Source: a virus (Duplodnaviria > Caudoviricetes). Taken from it: a stretch of 40,629 bases of DNA. The stretch spans positions 1-40,629 of the IMG/VR virus record IMGVR_UViG_3300005512_000094; one strand, written 5' to 3'. Shown one piece after another: positions 30,216 to 36,133 of the stretch. Position 1 is the first letter of the stretch; each line of letters opens with the position of its first letter. The notes beneath the pieces were generated by a model that ran no database searches, was not told the origin of the DNA, and saw nothing but the letters and a program-made list of their open reading frames with translations. Made by a program: the position numbers and the translations under genes.

Positions 30216-30824
30216 TCACCAAGCCCAAGATACAGCAGAGTAACGCTTACCTTTGGTTGCTTCCTTCACACCATGAGGGAACAAGAAGAGAGACGGGAAC
30301 ATAATAATATCACCCTTACCTAGGGGCACAACATAATCATCCCAGAAGAATAGTTCTGCACCTTCATAGTCATCATTCAGGTTGAGAATGAATGAAAGGA
30401 CAGGAATACCTTTCTCATTACCATCAAACAGTGAATGGATATGATCATGATGCTGACGCATAATCTGTCCTGGTGCATAACGATTAAAACGAATTGCACT
30501 GAACTTATTCATAATTTGTTGGGTTCTTTCGCACTGAAATGAATAGATTGCATTGTATGCTGCACCTGCCTGAATCATAAAAGGTGTCAGCAGTTGTTGG
30601 TGTTCACCGGTAATGTTCTGCACATCCAGTTCCATCGTCTCTTCAGAACCGAATGAGTTGGCAACATTATTGTACCAAGTGTGTGGTCTCCATTCATTCT
30701 TTTCAATCTCTTCTACGAGATATTCACACAGATTAGCAGGAATAATACCCCTCTCAACGTGAATCAAATCACGCAGTTGAGTATCATATTTGTTCATTGC
30801 GATCATGTTAGGTGAAACGGTCAT
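30216..30824 (-). CDS. 2OG-Fe(II) oxygenase (prolyl-4-hydroxylase-like)
   Basis: RY..GQ.M..HHD (HxD), LNDDYEG.EL.F, FPS..LFPHGV, RYS motif. Confidence 0.85.
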   Translation of the reverse strand: MTVSPNMIAMNKYDTQLRDLIHVERGIIPANLCEYLVEEIEKNEWRPHTWYNNVANSFGSEETMELDVQNITGEHQQLLTPFMIQAGAAYNAIYSFQCERTQQIMNKFSAIRFNRYAPGQIMRQHHDHIHSLFDGNEKGIPVLSFILNLNDDYEGAELFFWDDYVVPLGKGDIIMFPSLFLFPHGVKEATKGKRYSAVSWAW

Positions 30825-31753
30825 TGTACTAACTCCAGTGGTCTTGCTTGTTCACATTTACGACAAAAATCTTGCTGAAACCTTAACTTTTGAGTTTCAT
30901 ATGCCTCAGAACTTAAAAGTTCTTTGAGTGGTGTATCATTTATATTACCACAACTATACTCTTGATGATAGTCATGGCAGCAGTAGAATACATTACCTTT
31001 GATTCCAAAGTATAAGTTATCAAAGTATCCTGCATTGCATCTTAATGGGTTATCTCCCCAATCAATTGAACCAGTCGGCAGTTTCTGTGTCTCACACTCT
31101 ACACCCTCAAGTGTGCCTGCTCTATCAATCAATCCGGTCATGCTAAAGTTGATACCAGGAGGACATCTTTGGAACTTCTGATAGACCTTCATAAACTCTT
31201 GCTTATGATTCTCACTACCATCACCATTTACAATCACAGTGATAGGAAAGTTCAGTTTCTGTGAGTTCTCAAACAGATACATCAGTTGATAATACATCCG
31301 ATACATCACGGCAGTTGATGCACCTGTAATATCTTTCCACTTCTTCTCATCCATCGTAGGAATATTGAGACGGAATTGTTTGATTCTCTGTGGATTCTCA
31401 ATCAACCAATCAGTCAATTCAGTTGTGACCATACTTCCATTGGAGATATGTTCATAATTAAATCCCATATCAGTCATTATCTGTAACTTCTCCTTGAATG
31501 TATCATCAAGGTTTGGTTCATTATATGTGGCGAATGAGACATCATTGAGTTCCCATTGCGTATAAACAGAACGAATTTCTGTGAGAATCTTCCTGAATTG
31601 TTCCAGGGTCATGCACTCCTTCGGTGCAGGTTTATCATAGGCATTAGGACAGAACCAGCACTTATAGTTACAATGAGTATTATTTTCTATCTGTGCAATT
31701 CTATAACCAAACCCATGAAAGTCTGGCAGTGGACGTGCTAGTGTGGAAGTCAT
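30821..31753 (-). CDS. Radical SAM protein with a SPASM/twitch-like domain
   Basis: CNYKCWFC (CxxxCxxC), YNEP, SNG; C-terminal C..G.V..CCHDY..GNI..CRKC. Confidence 0.85.
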   Translation of the reverse strand: MTSTLARPLPDFHGFGYRIAQIENNTHCNYKCWFCPNAYDKPAPKECMTLEQFRKILTEIRSVYTQWELNDVSFATYNEPNLDDTFKEKLQIMTDMGFNYEHISNGSMVTTELTDWLIENPQRIKQFRLNIPTMDEKKWKDITGASTAVMYRMYYQLMYLFENSQKLNFPITVIVNGDGSENHKQEFMKVYQKFQRCPPGINFSMTGLIDRAGTLEGVECETQKLPTGSIDWGDNPLRCNAGYFDNLYFGIKGNVFYCCHDYHQEYSCGNINDTPLKELLSSEAYETQKLRFQQDFCRKCEQARPLELVQ

Positions 31754-32391
31754 ACGCAGCGATCCAGTGGTAGATAAGTCAGTGAATTGATGTCACCTAG
31801 ACTACCCTTCACCCAAGTATTAAAGGACAAACTAATACGTTCAGTGTCTGATTGGTTAGCAGGAACACTATGAGTCAGGTTACTTGGAAAGATAATTAGT
31901 TCTCCCATCTTCATAGGCAGCATGAATGTTGCGCTATTAAAGTTATTGTACTTTTCATTTGATAAAGCAATGTCCCGTTGTGCTCTACTACGAAACTGAA
32001 TCGGTGGCAATTGTTCATTAATGACAGGATACCACACACCACTAATCATACTATTAGGATGTACATGTTCGTGATGTGATTCACCCTTACCAGATTTATT
32101 GACCCATGATTGTGTAATTATCACCTCATCCTTAGAGCACATGATCTCCCGTGCAAATTTAAATATTTTGGACCTGATAAACTCTCTGACATTTGCCAGT
32201 TCTGGTTCATCTAATACAAAAGTATTTTCAGATTGTCGATTATAGTGAATCTTATTGCCAACATCTCCACCTTTATTTTCTCTACGACATGGTAAATCTT
32301 GAATAAATTTAAGTTCTTTATCATATGGCACTGGATAAGGTGCAATAAGAACGGGGGTTGGGAATAATGATAGTAATTCGTCTTGAGCCAT
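31750..32391 (-). CDS. Putative 2OG-Fe(II) oxygenase (TIGR02466-like cyanophage family)
   Basis: LFPTP start, SWVN, HEHVHPNSMISGVWY, IFPS.L.HSV, RISLSFN. Confidence 0.8.
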   Translation of the reverse strand: MAQDELLSLFPTPVLIAPYPVPYDKELKFIQDLPCRRENKGGDVGNKIHYNRQSENTFVLDEPELANVREFIRSKIFKFAREIMCSKDEVIITQSWVNKSGKGESHHEHVHPNSMISGVWYPVINEQLPPIQFRSRAQRDIALSNEKYNNFNSATFMLPMKMGELIIFPSNLTHSVPANQSDTERISLSFNTWVKGSLGDINSLTYLPLDRCV

Positions 32392-32412
32392 TTCTTCAAA
32401 CCTAACAAAGGT

Positions 32413-32441
32413 ATTTTACTTGTATTTTCATGGGTTGTCAA
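32413..32441 (-). promoter_or_regulatory. sigma70-type promoter TTGACA-N17-TAAAAT for the oxygenase/radical SAM operon
   Basis: Reverse complement of TGTCAA (32436-32441) and ATTTTA (32413-32418), 17-nt spacer. Confidence 0.75.
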
Positions 32442-32448
32442 GTATAAT
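32420..32448 (+). promoter_or_regulatory. sigma70-type promoter TTGTAT-N17-TATAAT for glutaredoxin
   Basis: Direct read; overlaps the divergent minus-strand promoter. Confidence 0.65.
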
Positions 32449-32470
32449 TAGATTAGTTACCATTCAAAAC

Positions 32471-32707
32471 ATGAATTTCATTATATATTCAAAAAATAAT
32501 TGTCCTTATTGTACTAAGGTAAAATCTGTGTTAGAATTGACAGAACAAAAACATGTTGTTTATGTCCTTGATAGGGACTTTACAAAGGAAGAATTCTATG
32601 ATAAATTTGGAGAGGGATCAACCTTTCCTCAGGTTATTTGTGACGATAAACAATTAGGAGGCTGTGTTGATACAATCAAATTCCTCAGAGAACAACGAAT
32701 TATCTAA
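32471..32707 (+). CDS. nrdC: Glutaredoxin (start revised to the ATG at 32471)
   Basis: CPYC active site, TFPQV, LGGC motifs. Confidence 0.9.
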   Translation: MNFIIYSKNNCPYCTKVKSVLELTEQKHVVYVLDRDFTKEEFYDKFGEGSTFPQVICDDKQLGGCVDTIKFLREQRII

Positions 32708-32915
32708 ACCCGTAATAAATAAAAATAACATTCATGTAAATCGTGGTGTTGAACTCTTGCTTAATGGAGGTAAAAGAAAGCAGAACCAATTTCACATCAT
32801 CTTTGAAAAGATGGTTTGCTTTCTGAATCGGGAAGTTACCGTCTACTTTGAATTTTCTTTCAATTTAAAAAAGAAAAAGGTAGTTCCCAGGAGGAAAAAC
32901 AATGTTAGCAGTTAG
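32667..32915 (+). CDS. Cyanophage-type hypothetical protein (start uncertain; TTG at 32667 or GTG at 32664)
   Basis: AGGAGG at 32656-32661 lies 5 nt before the TTG; INK..HVNRGVELLL segment resembles cyanomyovirus ORFs downstream of nrdC. Confidence 0.5.
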   Translation: MIQSNSSENNELSKPVINKNNIHVNRGVELLLNGGKRKQNQFHIIFEKMVCFLNREVTVYFEFSFNLKKKKVVPRRKNNVSS

Positions 32916-33129
32916 TTTAGTTTTTGGTTCATTTTTAACCGTGCTTTTTTTAATTGTAGGACTTATAGGTGGATGGACTGCTAGAGAATACATGATGAAC
33001 TATCGGGAAGTACCAAGACCTCACCCCGAAATGTTTGATAATCAGGGAAATCTTATTCCAGATGAGGTCATAGCATTTAATTTTGAAAACTATTATGACG
33101 ACAACGAAGAACACGACGAAGAAAACTAA
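32902..33129 (+). CDS. Small membrane-anchored cyanophage hypothetical protein
   Basis: N-terminal hydrophobic helix, HPEMFD..GN motif, acidic tail; GGAGG RBS. Confidence 0.75.
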   Translation: MLAVSLVFGSFLTVLFLIVGLIGGWTAREYMMNYREVPRPHPEMFDNQGNLIPDEVIAFNFENYYDDNEEHDEEN

Positions 33130-33697
33130 AACAGTTACTGTGACGGCAAAATCTTCTACTAATTTAAATCTTCCGAAAAATCCTTTTATGTTTGAGATTC
33201 TGGATTTGGTTTCCAAACAACGAACTAAGGCAAAAAAAGTTGAAGTTCTTAAAAAATATGAAGAACTTTGTTTGAAAGGAATTCTTATTTGGAATTATGA
33301 TGATTCTGTAGTAACTCTTCTTCCAGAAGGTGAAGTTCCTTATGCAGATCCAGAAGATCAAGTTACTTATAGTGGAACTCTTTCTACAAAAATTGAAGAA
33401 TCAATTCGTAAAATATATGAAAATGGTTCTTTTTCATTGGGAGCCGGTGATTCGCAAGGTAGAACAACTATTCGTAGAGAATTTAAAAACTTTTATCAGT
33501 TCGTTAAGGGTGGAAATTCGGGTTTGAATAGTATTCGTCGAGAGACAATGTTTATTAATATCCTTCAAGGACTTCATCCACTCGAAGCAGAAATTCTGTG
33601 TCTGGTGAAGGATGGAAATTTGGAAGATAAGTATAAAATTACAAAAGAAATCGTATCAGAAGCATATTCTGATATTCAATGGGGAGGGAGATCCTAA
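33095..33697 (+). CDS. Conserved T4-like cyanophage hypothetical protein
   Basis: LP.NP..FEIL, LPEG.VPY, RRETMFINILQGLHP.EAE; ATG at 33095 preferred over TTG at 33083. Confidence 0.75.
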   Translation: MTTTKNTTKKTKTVTVTAKSSTNLNLPKNPFMFEILDLVSKQRTKAKKVEVLKKYEELCLKGILIWNYDDSVVTLLPEGEVPYADPEDQVTYSGTLSTKIEESIRKIYENGSFSLGAGDSQGRTTIRREFKNFYQFVKGGNSGLNSIRRETMFINILQGLHPLEAEILCLVKDGNLEDKYKITKEIVSEAYSDIQWGGRS

Positions 33698-34053
33698 TGA
33701 CAAATCAACTGGGTGATGCACCCGTTAGAAAAACAGAAGAACAAATGGAGCAATCTAATATCGAGATTGAAATTATTCATCCTTCAAAATATGGATGTGA
33801 AATTCTTCTTGAAAGAACTACGATGGATAAAGTAAAAGATAAATCTTTTCCAACTGATGCAAGAATTGTGAGATATGTTATTGATGGTAAAGAATATATC
33901 GATCTTACAAGAGGTAAAAAAATGTCTAACATTTTTGATATGTATTATGATAGATTTGGTCCTGGTGCAGTAAAGGCAATTGACTTTGGATATGGTTCAG
34001 TCAATCCAAAGATGTGGGGTTACAAAGCACCCGAAAAGAAAAAGCGAAAGTGA
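33697..34053 (+). CDS. Cyanophage hypothetical protein
   Basis: TAATG coupling with the upstream gene; IFD.YYD and G..NPK.WG motifs. Confidence 0.7.
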   Translation: MTNQLGDAPVRKTEEQMEQSNIEIEIIHPSKYGCEILLERTTMDKVKDKSFPTDARIVRYVIDGKEYIDLTRGKKMSNIFDMYYDRFGPGAVKAIDFGYGSVNPKMWGYKAPEKKKRK

Positions 34054-34114
34054 TTTCCCAAAAGGGGGGAAAAATTTTCCAGGAAATTTTTGGTCTGTGG
34101 GGTTTTTTAAAAAA

Positions 34115-34303
34115 ATGACTAAAGGATTTAATGTCGATTCTGTAGAAGTTGAAATGTCAAAAGGAGACATGAAACGATTGATTAAAAAATATAAGAAATT
34201 AAAAAAATTTCAAAAATCCAATCTTCATACGATTGAGACACTCGGAGGAAAGGATACAATCATTGAAAAATTGATACAAGAGTCCGATGGGTATGAATTG
34301 TAA
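34115..34303 (+). CDS. Small basic hypothetical protein (MTKGF...)
   Basis: In-frame ATG at 34115; the upstream extension in the ORF track overlaps the previous gene and crosses homopolymer tracts. Confidence 0.6.
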   Translation: MTKGFNVDSVEVEMSKGDMKRLIKKYKKLKKFQKSNLHTIETLGGKDTIIEKLIQESDGYEL

Positions 34304-34314
34304 CACATGTTACA
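34299..34314. promoter_or_regulatory. NtcA-binding site TGTA-ACACATGT-TACA (GTA-N8-TAC)
   Basis: Exact match to the cyanobacterial NtcA consensus with extended dyad symmetry, just upstream of the -35 box at 34322. Confidence 0.75.
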
Positions 34315-34321
34315 AACTTAC

Positions 34322-34350
34322 TTGACTATATAGTGCATAGGGTATATAAT
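34322..34350 (+). promoter_or_regulatory. sigma70-type promoter TTGACT-N17-TATAAT; predicted start ~34356-34357
   Basis: Direct read; the predicted start coincides with the 5' end of the structured RNA. Confidence 0.85.
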
Positions 34351-34356
34351 ATACCT

Positions 34357-34597
34357 ATCGTTCATCAGAGGAAACTCTGACGCAAGTAAGTCGCGGAACG
34401 GAGCCGTTCATCCTATGTTAGAATTATTTTTACTTGCCAAACAACCCGATATTCCTTGTATTCACATCAAGGAAGTTATTCAGGTTGTGAGAGAAGCTAA
34501 AAATGTTTCTAAAAAAGAAAAAAGAAGAATCATTCATAGAATTGAAATAAATTCTTCTTGTAAAAACTCATAGGACGCAAACGACTGAAGGAACGAC
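34357..34597 (+). ncRNA. Glutamine (glnA-type) riboswitch-like double aptamer, unit A
   Basis: CGTTCA-[TCAGAG GAAA CTCTGA]-CGCAAGTA-AGTCG-CGGAACG, then CGTTCA-[TCCTATG...CATAGGA]-CGCAAA-CGACT-GAAGGAACG. Resembles the glnA motif core CGUUCAUC...GACG.AAGUA...GAAGGAACG with an AGUA/GAA E-loop. Confidence 0.7.
34415..34573 (+). CDS. 52-aa ORF nested in a riboswitch P2 loop (MLELFLLAKQPDIPCIHIKEVIQVVREAKNVSKKEKRRIIHRIEINSSCKNS)
   Basis: Manual translation; ATG and TAG lie in the two paired strands TCCTATG/CATAGGA; below the ORF-track size cutoff. Confidence 0.6.
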   Translation: MLELFLLAKQPDIPCIHIKEVIQVVREAKNVSKKEKRRIIHRIEINSSCKNS

Positions 34598-34603
34598 TGA
34601 AGG
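34580..34603 (+). repeat. 12-bp tandem duplication AACGACTGAAGG x2
   Basis: Direct read, at the boundary between units A and B. Confidence 0.9.
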
Positions 34604-34605
34604 AA

Positions 34606-34627
34606 ACACTTTTATAAATAAAAGTGT
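34606..34627 (+). promoter_or_regulatory. Canonical T4 late promoter TATAAATA (34613-34620) within the inverted repeat ACACTTTT/AAAAGTGT
   Basis: Direct read; predicted start ~34627, immediately before the CGTTC of unit B. Confidence 0.75.
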
Positions 34628-35233
34628 ACGTTCATCCCATCAGATAATGAGGCAGTGCTCTAAATGTTCTGAATATAAACCTTTATCTTCTTTCTACTCT
34701 CAAAGGAAAGTATGTAAAGAGTGTTATAACAAGTCCCGCAAGGATAAGTATAACGGTGATAAAGAATTTAGAATTAAACGAGCAAAACAAATTCAACAGT
34801 ATAAAAGTGAGAGGGAATCATCTGATAGTGAATTCTATTTAAGAAAGCATCTATCAAGAAGAATTAGACAAACTTTGGTAAAACAGGGTGAATCTAAAAT
34901 TCTCTTCAATCAATACGGTATTGATGTAAACTCAATATTGTTGAATATTGGAGAAAGACCTTCTCCAGATTATCATTTAGATCATATTCTTCCAGTTTCT
35001 GCCTTTGATTTTACAGACCCATTTCAAGTATGGGCTTGTAATCATAAAGATAATTTAATGTGGTTAGATTCTAAAAAGAATATAGAAAAAAGTGATAAAC
35101 ATTCTCCAGAAGATCTTTTAAAGTATCTGCAAGAGATGAAATCTGAATGGGACGCAAGTAGAGCATAAGGGAACGGTACGTTCGGAAAGGAAATCATCTC
35201 AACCTTTCTGCGTTCTATGCTCCAAGGAACGGG
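34628..35233 (+). ncRNA. Second glnA-like double aptamer, unit B, with the HNH ORF in its P2 loop
   Basis: CGTTCA-TCCCATCAGAT...ATCTGAATGGGA-CGCAAGTA-GAGCATA-AGGGAACG, then CGTTC-GGAAAGG..CCTTTCT-GCGTTC-TATGCTC-CAAGGAACG. Confidence 0.6.
34647..35168 (+). CDS. HNH-family endonuclease with an N-terminal C4 zinc finger
   Basis: CSKC...CKEC, basic helical linker, YHLDHILP...NHKDNL..L...NIEK (beta-beta-alpha-metal motif). Confidence 0.8.
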   Translation: MRQCSKCSEYKPLSSFYSQRKVCKECYNKSRKDKYNGDKEFRIKRAKQIQQYKSERESSDSEFYLRKHLSRRIRQTLVKQGESKILFNQYGIDVNSILLNIGERPSPDYHLDHILPVSAFDFTDPFQVWACNHKDNLMWLDSKKNIEKSDKHSPEDLLKYLQEMKSEWDASRA

Positions 35234-35294
35234 AACTCGGATCACCCTACGGGGTTAAAGGAGAAAAAACTACCCATTCTTTTAGGAGTCAATC

Positions 35295-35462
35295 ATGAAC
35301 ACACTTACTATCATCAAAAGGCAAATCGAAAAGAAAGCACGTCTGCATGATGCTCAGATTCACATCACCAAATATCGTGGTGTTGATTATGATACTCGTT
35401 GTGTAGAAAGCAAAGAACCTCACGGTACTTTCTGCTATCGTGGTCTTTCATATAGCAAATGA
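35295..35462 (+). CDS. 55-aa DUF4278-like peptide (two YRG motifs)
   Basis: Manual translation MNTLTIIKRQIEKKARLHDAQIHITKYRGVDYDTRCVESKEPHGTFCYRGLSYSK; AGGAG RBS; DUF4278 genes are known to follow glutamine riboswitches in picocyanobacteria. Confidence 0.75.
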   Translation: MNTLTIIKRQIEKKARLHDAQIHITKYRGVDYDTRCVESKEPHGTFCYRGLSYSK

Positions 35463-35469
35463 GGCAATT

Positions 35470-35565
35470 ATGGAAGCACTACAAACTGCAGGGTTAATTA
35501 CCTTGGGATGTGTGACCATAATGTCTTTGTTCTATGGTGAAATCGTTCTTCTTAAGAGAGGTTGA
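35470..35565 (+). CDS. 31-aa hydrophobic peptide (MEALQTAGLITLGCVTIMSLFYGEIVLLKRG)
   Basis: GAGG RBS, one predicted transmembrane helix, ends at the terminator. Confidence 0.55.
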   Translation: MEALQTAGLITLGCVTIMSLFYGEIVLLKRG

Positions 35566-35582
35566 GAAACCTCTCTTTTTTT
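35554..35582 (+). terminator. Rho-independent terminator
   Basis: AAGAGAGGTT-GAGA-AACCTCTCTT followed by a T-run. Confidence 0.85.
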
Positions 35583-35713
35583 ATATTTAAGTAACAAAGA
35601 CACAAATGTTAGTGAATTAACACAAACTTGTATAGATAGTATAGAATTAGGAAAAAGCATATGAAGTGAAAATCATGCTTTTGTTATAAACATATTAAAT
35701 TGCGGGAGATGAG

Positions 35714-35893
35714 ATGCATGATCGACTATCTCGTAATCAATTAGCAGAATGGCGTCATTTTGAGGAAACCGTAGACAGATGTAATGACGAATTAGATCTG
35801 ATAAATGATTACTTCGACTGTTTAATTGAATGCGATGAGGACCAAGGAACTTGTAAAAGAATTTGTAAAATTTTACTTAATGCGGGGGGTTGA
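35714..35893 (+). CDS. 59-aa Cys-rich small protein (NQLAEW...YFDCLIEC...CKRIC)
   Basis: Manual translation; GGAG RBS; CxxxC-x6-CxxxC pattern. Confidence 0.7.
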   Translation: MHDRLSRNQLAEWRHFEETVDRCNDELDLINDYFDCLIECDEDQGTCKRICKILLNAGG

Positions 35894-35909
35894 CTACCCC
35901 TCTTTTTTT
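35884..35909 (+). terminator. Rho-independent terminator
   Basis: GGGGT-TGACT-ACCCC stem-loop followed by TCTTTTTTT. Confidence 0.7.
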
Positions 35910-35918
35910 GTGTAAAAT
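35890..35918 (+). promoter_or_regulatory. sigma70-type promoter TTGACT-N17-TAAAAT embedded in the terminator
   Basis: Direct read; lies upstream of the thyX operon. Confidence 0.7.
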
Positions 35919-35941
35919 GTTAAGGTGATATTCTATTTTAT

Positions 35942-36127
35942 ATGGAAAAAGAAAGACTCAAACTAATAGTAAAAAATTTAGAACTATTGGTTGATTCTCT
36001 TAAGGCAGAAATATTTTCCGATGTTGATGCCTATACTGATAAGAGAGAAAATTATGATGATCATCCAGAGTCTAAATATGGAGATTATGATGAAATCTAC
36101 AACGATGATGATGGTTACCCAGACTAA
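35942..36127 (+). CDS. Conserved cyanophage small acidic protein
   Basis: KLIVKNLELLVDSLKAEI.SD...DDDGYPD, in the usual position upstream of thyX. Confidence 0.75.
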   Translation: MEKERLKLIVKNLELLVDSLKAEIFSDVDAYTDKRENYDDHPESKYGDYDEIYNDDDGYPD

Positions 36128-36133
36128 AGACTT

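Larger units (their letters stand above)
34596..35231 (+). mobile_element. Putative homing-endonuclease cassette (late promoter, aptamer pair and HNH gene) bounded by AAGGAACG direct repeats
   Basis: AAGGAACG at 34588-34595 and 35224-35231; removing the interval would join unit A directly to the downstream leader. Confidence 0.5.

Noticed and set aside
34596-35233. Group I intron carrying the HNH gene
   Set aside because: No interrupted host gene, no recognisable P7/catalytic core, and the non-coding flanks are too short. They match the upstream aptamer repeat instead. A covariance search would be needed to exclude it formally.
35042-35245. 67-aa minus-strand ORF
   Set aside because: Antisense to the HNH gene and the structured RNA, with no recognisable motif.
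35591-35604. GTAACAAAGACAC as a second canonical NtcA box
   Set aside because: The spacing and right half do not fit GTA-N8-TAC.
35714-35893. CP12 assignment for the Cys-rich small protein
   Set aside because: It lacks the AWD.VEEL core and the C-terminal CxxxPxxxxC pattern of CP12.
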